This document shows, piece by piece, positions 45,523-55,258 of a stretch of DNA of 64,000 nt. The stretch is taken from NCBI GenBank assembly GCA_047629415.1, contig JBLHWZ010000002.1, positions 1,917 to 65,916 on the forward strand, in the 5' to 3' direction. The stretch's first letter is position 1; every line of letters begins with the position of its first letter. The stretch is from Bradymonadia bacterium (lineage in GTDB: Bacteria; Myxococcota_A; Bradymonadia; REDH01). The notes under the pieces were generated by a model. The model ran no database searches, was not told where the DNA came from, and saw nothing but the letters and a program-made list of their open reading frames with translations. Both the position numbers and the translations under genes were made by a program.

Positions 45523-47172
45523 ATGAGCGCTCCGCAGCCCCCAGATACCGCCCCGCTCCCGCAGACTTGGGACGACGAAGCCGACGTCGTTGTCGTTGGC
45601 TTCGGAGGCGCCGGAGCCTGCGCTGCGATCCAAGCAGCGGAAGACGGATCCGAGGTCCGAGTGATCGACCGATTCACCGGAGGGGGCGCAACCGCCATCA
45701 GCGGAGGCGTGTTCTACGGCGGCGGCGGAACGAAGATCCAAGAAGAAGCCGGCGTCGAAGACACTGTCGAAGACATGTTCCGGTACCTCGAATTCGAAGT
45801 AGGGAAGGCAGTAAGCGAGGGTACGCTGCGGAAGTTCTGCGAGGAGAGCGTCGGCAACGCCGACTGGCTGCAAGCGCACGGCGTGCCGTTTCATGCGTCG
45901 CTTTGTCCCGTCAAAACCTCGTATCCGAGCAACGACTACTACCTCTACTACTCGGGCAATGAGAGCTTCTCCCCGTTCCGAGACCACGCCAAACCAGCCG
46001 CCCGCGGACATCGCGCCGTCGGACCCGGACTACCTGGCGCCAACTTCTACGACCCGCTGAAGCAAGCGGCGGTCGCTGCAGGCGCGGTCCCCATCTACCA
46101 GTCGAAGGTGCAACGCCTGGTCGTCGACGATGGCAAGGTGGTTGGCGTTGAGATCTCTCAGGTGAAACCAGGCTTCGCAGCGGTCCGACATCGCCTGCTC
46201 GCGTGGCTCGCGATCAAGATTAATCCCTACCAACCCAAAATCGCGAAGAACCTCCGGAAACACCTCGCGCGAATCGAGCGAAACTCCAGCATCACCAAGT
46301 ACATCCGAGCGCTCAAAGGAGTGGTGCTGGCCGCAGGAGGGTTCATCTACAACCGCGACATGGTCCAGCACCATGCCCCGAACTACCGACCTGGCATGCC
46401 ACTCGGAGCCACCGGCTGCGACGGATCAGGGATTCTGCTTGGCGTCTCCGCTGGCGGCACTACCGACCGGATGGACCAGGTCTCAGCGTGGCGATTCATC
46501 AATCCCCCCGAAGCTATGGTTAAGGGAGTCTTCGTCGACCGCGAAGGCAAACGTTACGCCAATGAGCGGCTCTACGGCGCTCAGCTTGGCCGAGCGATGG
46601 TCGACGATCACCGAGGCGAGGGCTTGTTAGTCATAGATCAGAACGTCTGGGACGAGGCACGTGCACAGTGCAAAGGCTCAACGGGTATTCATTGGTTCCA
46701 ACAGGCCCCGGCGCTGATCAATCTCTACAAGAATCGTAAGGTTGGCGGCTCGATCGCAGAGCTCGCAAAGAATGCTCGAATTGATCCCGACGGGCTGGCG
46801 GCGACAGTCGCCGACTACAACTCCTATGCTGACGGTACGGCCGCTGACCCTTTCGACAAGGGCGCCGAGTTCACCCAGGCGCTCACCAAAGCTCCGTTCT
46901 ACGCCATCAACTGTTCGCTGGATTCCCGTGGGTTCCCGTGCCCCACGCTCACGCTTGGTGGATTGGTCGTAGCGGAGGAGAACGGCGCCGTGGTCGGCGC
47001 GGACAACCAGCAGATCCCTGGTCTCTACGCTGCGGGACGCAACGCGGTTGGCATCTGCTCCAACGGCTACGTCAGCGGTCTATCGCTCGCTGATTGCGTG
47101 TTCTCGGGCAGACGCGCCGGCGCGTGTGCTGGCGGCAAGGCGAGCGAGGCGGCGGGGGCGTCGGCGGCGTAG
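45523..47172 (+). CDS. FAD-dependent oxidoreductase (FAD_binding_2; fumarate reductase/KstD-like flavoprotein family)
   Basis: ADVVVVGFGGAGACAAIQAAEDGSEVRVIDR (dinucleotide-binding motif). C-terminal PGLYAAGRNAVG is typical of this family. Confidence 0.8.
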   Translation: MSAPQPPDTAPLPQTWDDEADVVVVGFGGAGACAAIQAAEDGSEVRVIDRFTGGGATAISGGVFYGGGGTKIQEEAGVEDTVEDMFRYLEFEVGKAVSEGTLRKFCEESVGNADWLQAHGVPFHASLCPVKTSYPSNDYYLYYSGNESFSPFRDHAKPAARGHRAVGPGLPGANFYDPLKQAAVAAGAVPIYQSKVQRLVVDDGKVVGVEISQVKPGFAAVRHRLLAWLAIKINPYQPKIAKNLRKHLARIERNSSITKYIRALKGVVLAAGGFIYNRDMVQHHAPNYRPGMPLGATGCDGSGILLGVSAGGTTDRMDQVSAWRFINPPEAMVKGVFVDREGKRYANERLYGAQLGRAMVDDHRGEGLLVIDQNVWDEARAQCKGSTGIHWFQQAPALINLYKNRKVGGSIAELAKNARIDPDGLAATVADYNSYADGTAADPFDKGAEFTQALTKAPFYAINCSLDSRGFPCPTLTLGGLVVAEENGAVVGADNQQIPGLYAAGRNAVGICSNGYVSGLSLADCVFSGRRAGACAGGKASEAAGASAA

Positions 47173-47262
47173 GGGTCGCCCACGGTCGTACTCGCGCACC
47201 GTCTGTTGCAGCCATGGTCGCACTCACGCAACGTCGGTTGCAGCGGAGGGCCGAACGCGGTG

Positions 47263-48612
47263 TCAGAAGCGAGGAAGCGCGCCCCTCAGATCGATTCGGC
47301 CGTTTTGGGCCTCGACGTGCGTAAGGCCAACATGCTCTACGAGTTGCCCGGCGGAGTCGCGAATCCCAAACGCTTGCGCGAGGCTCACCAGAAAATGTTG
47401 GTGAGGCACGGCGCCCAGATCTCCGTTGGGCTCAAAGTTCCCGACGCGCTCCTGCCAGTTTTGCCCGAGCCCAGAGACGGTCGGAGCGTAGCGAAGGTAA
47501 CGATCTCCCGCGAATTTCCGGCCGCCGGCGACCACGACTGGCAACGGCTCGAAGCCATGGGCGCTGTTGGCGAGCTCGTTGACCCACACAACGGTCGTAT
47601 GATCGAGTAGCGATCCGTCACCGTCTTCGACGGAATCGAGGAGGTCGAGAATTGCCGCGAAACGCTCCGCTTGCAGGCTCCCGACCGTGGTCATGACGTC
47701 ATACGAGCGAGGGTTCGACAGCACGCTGTGGGCAAAGTCGGTGTGAAGGTCTCCACCGGAAATGCCCAGGTCCTGCAGCGCGGGCTCCAGAAGTTGCAAT
47801 GTGGCAACCCGCGTAACGTCGCAGGCGAACGCGGAGGCGATTAACGAGGCGCTCTCGTATACCTGGCTCGACGATCCTCTTCCTGGTTCGGGCAGCGACG
47901 GGAGACACTCCGACGAGTCGATCCGTGCGGCGCCGATCTGCCGGAGAAGGTCAAAGTGGTCCTCAAGGCGCGCACGTGTCGCGGGACCGACCGCTGCACG
48001 CACTTCACGTTCCATTCCGCGTTCAAAGAGTGTCCTCGCGTATTCCGACTGCACCCCGAAAATTCGTCGCCAAGCTCCGGCGACAACTTCGTCCGTCACT
48101 AGCGGCTGTCCAGCGGCCTGGTAGAGGACGGTGTTCTCGCGCGAAGGGCCGATGTCGATCGACCCGACTCGAGAGTTGCCTCGTAGCTGCTCCGCTATCG
48201 TCCGATCGAGCGACGGATGCCAGCGGAATCCCCCCGAATCGGGGTCCATTCCGGAGCCAGTGAACAAGGTCATAGCGGCGGCGGTGTGCGGCTCTTCCGG
48301 AACACCGAGCGCTGCGGTTAGCAGGCCCACCCCATCCAGCACGGTCATCCGCCGCGCGTGGCGATGGAGGGGGCGCAAGATCGGGCTCCAGTCATTCTCG
48401 TCGACGCTGGAAAGCGCGAACTCGTAGTCGACGTCGTTTGGTTCGTCCCGCGGGCGCATCTTCCACTCAGGATAGACGGTACCCTGGAGGTCGATGACGA
48501 TAAGTAGCCGCTCCGGGGATTCGTGGCCGTCTGCCCAGGCGGAACGCGGCAAGAGCATGGCGCCAGAGGCAATGCCTAGGCTTCTAAGAAACGCTCTGCG
48601 GTTGATCTTCAT
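47263..48612 (-). CDS. DUF1552-family protein with a twin-arginine signal
   Basis: The ATG at 48612 (MKINRRAFLRSLGIASGAMLLP) overlaps the upstream stop (ATGA at 48609-48612). It is partnered with a DUF1592/1588-type gene, as in Planctomycetes and Myxococcota. Confidence 0.75.
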   Translation of the reverse strand: MKINRRAFLRSLGIASGAMLLPRSAWADGHESPERLLIVIDLQGTVYPEWKMRPRDEPNDVDYEFALSSVDENDWSPILRPLHRHARRMTVLDGVGLLTAALGVPEEPHTAAAMTLFTGSGMDPDSGGFRWHPSLDRTIAEQLRGNSRVGSIDIGPSRENTVLYQAAGQPLVTDEVVAGAWRRIFGVQSEYARTLFERGMEREVRAAVGPATRARLEDHFDLLRQIGAARIDSSECLPSLPEPGRGSSSQVYESASLIASAFACDVTRVATLQLLEPALQDLGISGGDLHTDFAHSVLSNPRSYDVMTTVGSLQAERFAAILDLLDSVEDGDGSLLDHTTVVWVNELANSAHGFEPLPVVVAGGRKFAGDRYLRYAPTVSGLGQNWQERVGNFEPNGDLGAVPHQHFLVSLAQAFGIRDSAGQLVEHVGLTHVEAQNGRIDLRGALPRF

Positions 48613-50365
48613 TGCGCGCATGGCAGGAGGAAGAGGTCATCTGAAACTATGTTGATCAAGAGGTCGGTAACCGACGCGCCGGAAAGTGAGAGCGCGGTCA
48701 GCTCGTCAATAAGCTCCGAGCCTCCGCTCAGGTTCTGCACGGGGCGCCCGAGCGCCCAAGTCGCCAGCGTTTGCGCAAAGCAGGAATGAGCGACCTCACT
48801 CTCGGCAACGGCCTCCGCGAGCTCAGCTGGCCCATCGACCAGAAGGCCCTGGAAGTGGCCCGCGGCGCCCTGTTCAAAATCGACGGAGACGTCGATTGGG
48901 AGGAGCTCCTCGATGGAAAAATCGCTTCCCAGGTCGCTGGCATCCCACCACGGCTCAAGCTCACGATACTCGCCAGATGCATTGAAGTGCTCGAACGGGA
49001 AACCGAGCGGATCCATACTCTGGTGACAACCGGAACACGCCGGGTTCGACTGGTGCTCGAAGTAGCGTTCCCGGTTGGTTTGAGGCCCGGACTCTTCGAC
49101 CGAGAGCGAGGTGTCAACGTTGCCTGGCGGCGGCGGCAGCGGCGTGCAGAGAAGCCGGTCGACCAGGAAGTAGCCACGCTGGACTGGGGATCCTCGCAGG
49201 TCGTGCGCTCCCCGGGCGAGCACCGCAGGCAAGGTCAACACGCCTGCTCGGCCCTCAGCTGAGCCATCGAACATCGACCAGCCATCATCACCAACGGAAA
49301 GGGCGTCCTCGTGCAACCGAGCGGTGCGAGCGTCGATGGGCAGTCGAGGCGAGGTCAGCAAGTCACGAAGCGTTCCGTTCTCAGTCAATACGGTCTGCGC
49401 GACGAAAACCTGCGCCTGCTCGATGAACGCAGCGGCGTCCCCGGCCTCGATCGGCTCCCCGCCCGGGGTCTGCCGTGTCTCCGATTCGAAACCGACGAGC
49501 TTGAGCCAAACAGAGGCGAAGTCAGCCAGCCCAGCGGCTGCGCGCTCGTCTTCCAACATCGCCGCGGCCACTCGCCGTACGTCGTCGTTAGATTCCAAAC
49601 CGCCCGCGTCAATTGAGTACCTGGTAGCCCGCCCCAGAGCGTCAACGCGAGCCGTGTTGCGGTCGCGCGGGGCGCAGGGCGCGTCTCGGAGCAGGATACC
49701 TCGGAGTCTCGATTATCGTCCAATACGTAAATGAAGCGAGGCGACGCGACGATCCAGGCGATCGACCCGCCGGCGACAGCGATCAACCCGTGCGAAGGCA
49801 GGTCCTCGAGGAACCATGCTTCCAACTCCACGACCGCCGGATGGTCACGCGGAACCCGCCACGCACGTGAGGCCAAGCCTCCAATGTAATCCTGAACGCA
49901 CTCCTCCTCACTGGTTTCACAGCCAACATACTCCGACGCCCGCTCGACCACCTCTTCGGAAACGAGCGTCGCATTGGACTGCAAAACTCCGACGAAGAGA
50001 CTGCTTGGCGTCTGGGAGTCGAGGTCGTTGTAGAAGCCCGCGACCGAAACCTCTGGTAACGCCTCAAGCTCAGGGCTGTTCCTCACTGGAAGTTCGCCGC
50101 CGGGCAGCACCCGAAGTGGCTCGATCGTGCTTGGAAAGAGCGCGGCGATAGCGCGGAGGTATTGTGCGTTCGTAAGCCGCGCTGGCGGCGCAAACTCTTC
50201 GCGTGGGCTCGCGTCCGGCTCCAGGCCGCCGTCCGATTCCGAGCTGCCGTCCGGCTCCGAGCTACCGTCGCGCCCCGAACCACCGTCTGGCGCGCACCCG
50301 ATCGCCGTCGCGAGCAGGAGTGGCCACGCAAACCGGTAGAAAATCCGGGGACATCGTCGCAACAC
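48609..50365 (-). pseudogene. DUF1587/DUF1592/DUF1588-type (planctomycete-cytochrome-like) lipoprotein gene split by an apparent 1-nt frameshift near 49613/49614
   Basis: ORF 49385..50365 has a lipobox (LLATAIGCAPDG) plus RLTNAQYLRAI, SPRFIYVLDD and TRLALTLWGGLPGTQL. ORF 48609..49598 continues in the -1 frame with IDAGGLESNDDVRRVAAAMLEDERAAAGLADF...ACSGCHQSMDPLGFPFEHF. The two read as one protein if a single nt is restored in GGTACTCA^ATTGAC. Confidence 0.5.
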
Positions 50366-50467
50366 GAGGGAGACTTCGGCCAGAGGGAGAGCAGGAGGAG
50401 GTGGACGGCCTGTGATAGTACAGAAAGTCCGCGCGATCTCAAACGCTCGACGGATGTCCGAACCCTT

Positions 50468-51829
50468 CTATGTCTCGATCGGCGTCCGGCTGAAGATTGC
50501 AATACCGATGATGACCAACACTCCTGCTGCTGGCGCGGCGAGCACGATGCCGCGCGGGTTGTCGTGGGTCGTGCCCAAGACGTGCAGGCCGACGATGATC
50601 GCGGGGGCTAGACCCTGGATCGACTTCGCGACGAGAGCGGAAGCGCCCGCATAGAGGCCCTCGCGCCGCATGCCTGTGAGTTCCTCGTCGTAGTCGACTA
50701 CTTCTGCAGCGATGGCGTTCGCGAGAATCAGGGCCACCGCTGTCGGAAAGCCGAGGATCGCGACGACGACTAGCAAGACCAGGGCTGGGTCTTCGAAGAG
50801 CAGGCTGGCCGGGACAAAGAGTAGACCGGCGGCGAACACTAGACCCGACCAAATCATGAGCTTCTTCTTACTTATGCGCTCGGAGAGGAAGTTCACGACC
50901 GGCAGCGAGAGCAGCGCGACGACGAAGAGCACGGCCATATAGGTGCCGGTCCACGCTTCGCCCTGCCCATCCTTGATGAGACCGACCTCATCGGGTCCGA
51001 CCTCGAGCACGACCGTGCAGAAGTATGGAAGGCCGCCGCCGAACACCTGCAACCCCAGCGGCACGAAAACGGCCATGCCCAGGTACGCGACAAAGGCCCT
51101 GTTTTCGAAGGTGCTGCGGACATTCTGAAAGAGGCTGCCTTCCATTGGCGCTCGCTCGCGCACCTCCTCGCGGATCCCCAAGGGCATCAGGACAAACGAG
51201 ATGAAAACCGCGATACTAGCTCCGATCGCAAAGAGCTGGATCCCGGACCGGATATGCACGCCGGCAATGACCGCGCCGTCTGGATACGCGGACTGTACAG
51301 GACCGATCAGCACGGCCCCAATTGTACCCACGGCCACGAAGACCATCATGACCGAGGAGAGGCGCACGCGCTCACGATTCGACACCGCGATCTCTGGCAA
51401 GAGCGCATAGTACGGGCCGACCACGATGGTGAATGCGATCCAGTAAAACGCTAGACCTGCGCCCAAATAGACCGCGTTCGCGACGGTCGCGCTAACGTCC
51501 GGAGGGAACCACAAGATCAGAAACGAGAGGGCGAGCGCGGGCGTGCCGAGCACAATGAACGGCATGCGTCGCCCCCATCGCGACTTCGTCCGGTCAGACC
51601 AATACCCAATCGCTGGATCCGCCACGCCGTCGACGATTCGACCGAGCAACATGAGCGCGGCGAAGGTCGCGGCTCCGATGAGGGCCGGTCGCCCCTCAGC
51701 TTCAGCCGGTCGATAGAAGAAGGTCAGCCACTGCGCAGTCATCACGCCCATCACGTTGATCGCGATTTGCGGAACGGAATACGCGCACTTCTGCCTGAAT
51801 GTGAGCGGGGTATGAGAGAGGTTCGCCAC
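50468..51829 (-). CDS. MFS transporter of the glycoside-pentoside-hexuronide (GPH/MelB-like) family
   Basis: GTG start overlapping the upstream stop by 1 nt. The GPH signature reads DGVADPAIGYWSDRTKSRWGRRMPFIVLG. About 12 TM segments. Confidence 0.8.
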   Translation of the reverse strand: MANLSHTPLTFRQKCAYSVPQIAINVMGVMTAQWLTFFYRPAEAEGRPALIGAATFAALMLLGRIVDGVADPAIGYWSDRTKSRWGRRMPFIVLGTPALALSFLILWFPPDVSATVANAVYLGAGLAFYWIAFTIVVGPYYALLPEIAVSNRERVRLSSVMMVFVAVGTIGAVLIGPVQSAYPDGAVIAGVHIRSGIQLFAIGASIAVFISFVLMPLGIREEVRERAPMEGSLFQNVRSTFENRAFVAYLGMAVFVPLGLQVFGGGLPYFCTVVLEVGPDEVGLIKDGQGEAWTGTYMAVLFVVALLSLPVVNFLSERISKKKLMIWSGLVFAAGLLFVPASLLFEDPALVLLVVVAILGFPTAVALILANAIAAEVVDYDEELTGMRREGLYAGASALVAKSIQGLAPAIIVGLHVLGTTHDNPRGIVLAAPAAGVLVIIGIAIFSRTPIET

Positions 51830-53037
51830 TATTCCGCGTCCGGTTGCGGGGCAGAGGGCTGCGGCACGAGCTGCTCGACTGTTGCCAAGAGTGTCTCCAG
51901 CGTAGCTCGGCCGAGCGACATCGTTGTTTCATAGCCGTACTCGGCAGCGTCGAACATCGCCGGCACTAACAGATATCCGAGCTCGTCCTCGGCAAGACAA
52001 ACGACCATAGCGTTCTGCGTCTCAAGCCTGCTGCGGACCAGGGCACCCGCTTCCGGACAGAGCTCGCCCGGTGCGGTGACCAGCGAAAAACCCGAACCAA
52101 CCTGGACGTGATGGACTTGAGATCGGACTGATCCGTCCTCGGTCTTTACGTCGACGAGGTGCAGCCGCTCTAGCAGTCGGAAGCGCCAGTTCTCGTTTTT
52201 GAGCACCGCTTCGGTCCGCGTATGCGCGACCTCTCCGTCGAGTTCTTCAGCCTGATCCAGAGCTGAAATCGTTGCCTGCCCGAGCGCAGCGCCGAGCGCC
52301 TCGATGTAGGCCAGACGCTGCGCGGGAGTGGAGTCCGGCGGACAGTTTGGCGTCAGCATCGCACCGAGTGGACCACTGAAATAGACTAGCTCGCCGCCGC
52401 CTTCGCGGATCGACTCCCGAAGCGGACCGATGAAGTCCGGGCTGATGAGTTTGTTCTTCTCCCACAATGTCTCTGGATGGGATGCGTAGTTCAGTACGGT
52501 GCCAATCCGGTCGCCGCGCTCATCATCGAACGCGAGCGCGACGGTGTCGGGATAGGCTCCGCCGTTGGTTCGATCGTTGCGGCACCACTTTGCATCGAAC
52601 TCGAACGTCGCGACTCTTGCGGATGCAGACACCATCGAGCGAACAGCCTGATCGACGCAGTCGGCGACGTGCTCGACGAGCCACCGCATGTAGTTGGGGT
52701 TCTTTCCGTCGGACCGCGGGAAGATGCCGGCGATGGAGGGGCCCCAGTAGCCGAGCGTGTCTGGGCCTGAGTGCGTGTGTGTACATGCCACGATCACTGA
52801 GCTGCCATCTACCTCTGTGACAGCCGCGCGAATGCGGTCAATCCAGACCTTCAGCAGACCAACGAGGTCCAAGGACACCAGCACAACGCGTTCGTCGTTG
52901 TCCCCCTCGATCGCGACGGCGGTAGCCATCAGCGGCATATGTTCGCCGATTGCACGGCGGCCCATGCCGAAGCCAGCGAGGTAGATGGGCTCGAAGCCCC
53001 GTGGCGTGATGTCTACGCTCGCAGCGCCAGCTCTCAT
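51829..53037 (-). CDS. Neutral/alkaline ceramidase-N-terminal-domain-like hydrolase (cytoplasmic, no signal peptide)
   Basis: The ATG at 53037 is preceded by GAGGAG. AASVDITP...YLAGFG...EHMPLMATAVAIE...VLVSLDLVG...VACTHTHSGPDT resembles the ceramidase-family N-terminal motifs. Confidence 0.55.
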   Translation of the reverse strand: MRAGAASVDITPRGFEPIYLAGFGMGRRAIGEHMPLMATAVAIEGDNDERVVLVSLDLVGLLKVWIDRIRAAVTEVDGSSVIVACTHTHSGPDTLGYWGPSIAGIFPRSDGKNPNYMRWLVEHVADCVDQAVRSMVSASARVATFEFDAKWCRNDRTNGGAYPDTVALAFDDERGDRIGTVLNYASHPETLWEKNKLISPDFIGPLRESIREGGGELVYFSGPLGAMLTPNCPPDSTPAQRLAYIEALGAALGQATISALDQAEELDGEVAHTRTEAVLKNENWRFRLLERLHLVDVKTEDGSVRSQVHHVQVGSGFSLVTAPGELCPEAGALVRSRLETQNAMVVCLAEDELGYLLVPAMFDAAEYGYETTMSLGRATLETLLATVEQLVPQPSAPQPDAE

Positions 53038-53038
53038 C

Positions 53039-54625
53039 CTACTCCTCGCGGCCCCGATCACGGTCCCAGAGCATGTAAATCGGGACGAACGCTTCGACAG
53101 AGAACTGCCAGAAGTCGCTCCACGCTAGAGTATTTCGTCCGCCGATGATCACGCGGCGGGTGATACCAATGTTCGCGGGAATGTAGAGCGGCAGGAGGTT
53201 CGCCGACAAGCCGACCTGGAGCTCGTTGACGGCCTGGTCTCCGAGCAGCTCCATCGCGTTGACCATGCTGATGAAATTAGGGTCGCCGTCGATGACCGGC
53301 TCCTGTGAGTAGCTCCAGCCGTAGCCGACTCCGATTCCGAAGATCGCAAGCTGTATGTTCAGCTTGGTCGACCAGCTGGTGTTGAAGCCGGGCGTGTAGT
53401 CGAAAGTCCCCTCCAAGCCCGAGAGATCGGGGAACGTGGCCGGATCGAGCTGGGCTGCCAACGGATTCGGCTCAACGAAGTTGGTCGGGTAGTCGCGCTG
53501 CTGCTTGAAGTAATAACCGAAGCCGATCTCCTGCGAGAGGATGATGTCGACCCAGAAGGAGTGCTTGTAGAGGCGGAGGTCGTAGCCCGAGGTAGAGCTG
53601 AGACCCCAACTCCCGACGCCAATGTCCGGCTGGGGGCCGGTCGCGTAGGTCAGGCTCGTCTCCGCGCTCGGGATGTGTCCGGTCGGCAAGAAGACGCGGT
53701 TCGTCAGAGCTGATGAGAAGCGCGAGTTACGGAAGAAGTTCCAGGAGAAACCTGTGTTGATGTCCCCCATCAGCCAGTCGCCGTCGTAGCCAACGGCGGG
53801 CGCGGGGCGACCGAGCGCTGGCAGCGTTTCGTAGAGGAAGGTCTCCGCGTCATACGCGGTCCGGTCCGTAACCCCGAGCAGACCAGCGGCCGCCTCGCCG
53901 ATGAAGTTGCCCGCGTCGTCAACCGGGCGAACCGTCGGATTCAGGTTCAGATTCATCGCCGTAAACGGAACCTCGACGTACCAATCGAACGGGTCGGTGA
54001 TGCCGTAGGAAGACTGGAACGTGTGGCCGTGGCCGCCGCCAGCGACATCGAGGGAGACGTCGATCTGCGTCTCGCCGTTCAGGTCGAACTGCAGCGGATT
54101 CAGCACTGGGCCCCGATCTCCGTTGCCATCAAAGCGCGAGTCGGCGGAGAGCCAGCCGTAGTCCCACTTGAATTTGAGGTATCCAGCCGGCAGCTGAGCC
54201 GACACCCCGTAGAGGTCGTATTCGCCGAGCCGCTCGAGCTCGGAGACGAGCCAGCCTCGATAGCCAGTCGCGTTCTCACCCCACCCGCCCGGGAGGCTCG
54301 GACCTTCGTCCGCTTCTTCTTCGACATCATCGACGTTGATTGTGGCCTCGACCGCCGTCTCGCCAATCTCCTCGGCGGTCTGCGCGAATTCCGTCAAATC
54401 GAGAGTCGGCTCCTCGGCTTCGACATCGCCAAGGGCATCTGCCGCAGCAACGGCATCAGCGTCGCCAACGGCTTCTGCGGAAGCAACCGTGTCCGCGGTG
54501 TCACCAGCGGACTCAGCCGCAGCAACTATGTCGGAGACCATAGGCTCTTCAACAGCCTGGGCCGCTGAGAGTGAGGAGAAGCCTGCGATGGCAGTGAGCG
54601 CCGAAATCTTCAGAAGTGATTTCAT
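53039..54625 (-). CDS. Putative outer-membrane beta-barrel protein with an acidic N-terminal extension
   Basis: ATG at 54625 gives MKSLLKISALTAIAGFSSLSAAQA (signal peptide). About 110 aa of A/E/D/V low-complexity sequence follow. The rest is rich in alternating aromatic/Gly beta-strand-like segments (GIGVGYGWSYS, LQVGLSANLL). Confidence 0.5.
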   Translation of the reverse strand: MKSLLKISALTAIAGFSSLSAAQAVEEPMVSDIVAAAESAGDTADTVASAEAVGDADAVAAADALGDVEAEEPTLDLTEFAQTAEEIGETAVEATINVDDVEEEADEGPSLPGGWGENATGYRGWLVSELERLGEYDLYGVSAQLPAGYLKFKWDYGWLSADSRFDGNGDRGPVLNPLQFDLNGETQIDVSLDVAGGGHGHTFQSSYGITDPFDWYVEVPFTAMNLNLNPTVRPVDDAGNFIGEAAAGLLGVTDRTAYDAETFLYETLPALGRPAPAVGYDGDWLMGDINTGFSWNFFRNSRFSSALTNRVFLPTGHIPSAETSLTYATGPQPDIGVGSWGLSSTSGYDLRLYKHSFWVDIILSQEIGFGYYFKQQRDYPTNFVEPNPLAAQLDPATFPDLSGLEGTFDYTPGFNTSWSTKLNIQLAIFGIGVGYGWSYSQEPVIDGDPNFISMVNAMELLGDQAVNELQVGLSANLLPLYIPANIGITRRVIIGGRNTLAWSDFWQFSVEAFVPIYMLWDRDRGREE

Positions 54626-55173
54626 TGTGCTTCCTCCTCGCAAGTACCGTCGTCACACAGAATCGCGACCTCGAGGCTCGCGGAGAGGCAGGCGCCTCCC
54701 TCAAGCTCTTCATCGAACGTGGAAAGCGGGAAGCAACCGTAGTTCTCCTCCCATCTGCAGTCGGTCAGTCGTTCGCAGCTGGCGAAGCAAATCTGGACCG
54801 GCGCGCCGAGCGCAGAGGCGTCAAAGCAGGTCCCTCCCTCGCCGCAGTCCTCGTTTGAGGTGCAGAGGAGACGGGTGCACATGCCACCGGGCAGGTCGAT
54901 CTCCGGGCCAACCCCGAAGTTGTCGAGCAGTTGCCGGTTCGCGCACTGCCAACCTGGTTCGCCGCAGTCAGCGTCGACCTCGCATGGCCGCCCGGCAAGC
55001 TGGGCTTCGGCGACGTCAGCGACCGTGTCAGCGCCCGCGTCGGAGACGGTATCAACGGCGACGTCAGTACCTGTATCGGCACCCACATCGGTCCGCGGAA
55101 ACTGGGTAATCACTTCGGTCTTACAGCCGATGAACGCTGTGAGCGAAAGCGACAGGAGGAGCAGTCGTTTCAT
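54622..55173 (-). CDS. Small Cys-rich lipoprotein
   Basis: MKRLLLLSLSLTAFIGCKTE (lipobox), a D/T/V/A tether, then a ~120-aa domain with 14 Cys residues. The stop overlaps the next start (ATGA at 54622-54625). Confidence 0.6.
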   Translation of the reverse strand: MKRLLLLSLSLTAFIGCKTEVITQFPRTDVGADTGTDVAVDTVSDAGADTVADVAEAQLAGRPCEVDADCGEPGWQCANRQLLDNFGVGPEIDLPGGMCTRLLCTSNEDCGEGGTCFDASALGAPVQICFASCERLTDCRWEENYGCFPLSTFDEELEGGACLSASLEVAILCDDGTCEEEAQ

Positions 55174-55258
55174 GACGTAATATGAATTTGGGAGTTGTCC
55201 GAACCTACTCCGCTCTGCCCCTTGGTGTCACGAAGACGGAATGCCGCGGTGCGCCATG

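Noticed and set aside
45412-46011. A 199-codon minus-strand ORF.
   Set aside because: It is antisense to the 5' part of the FAD-oxidoreductase gene, which has a clear dinucleotide-binding motif. No motifs were seen in this ORF.
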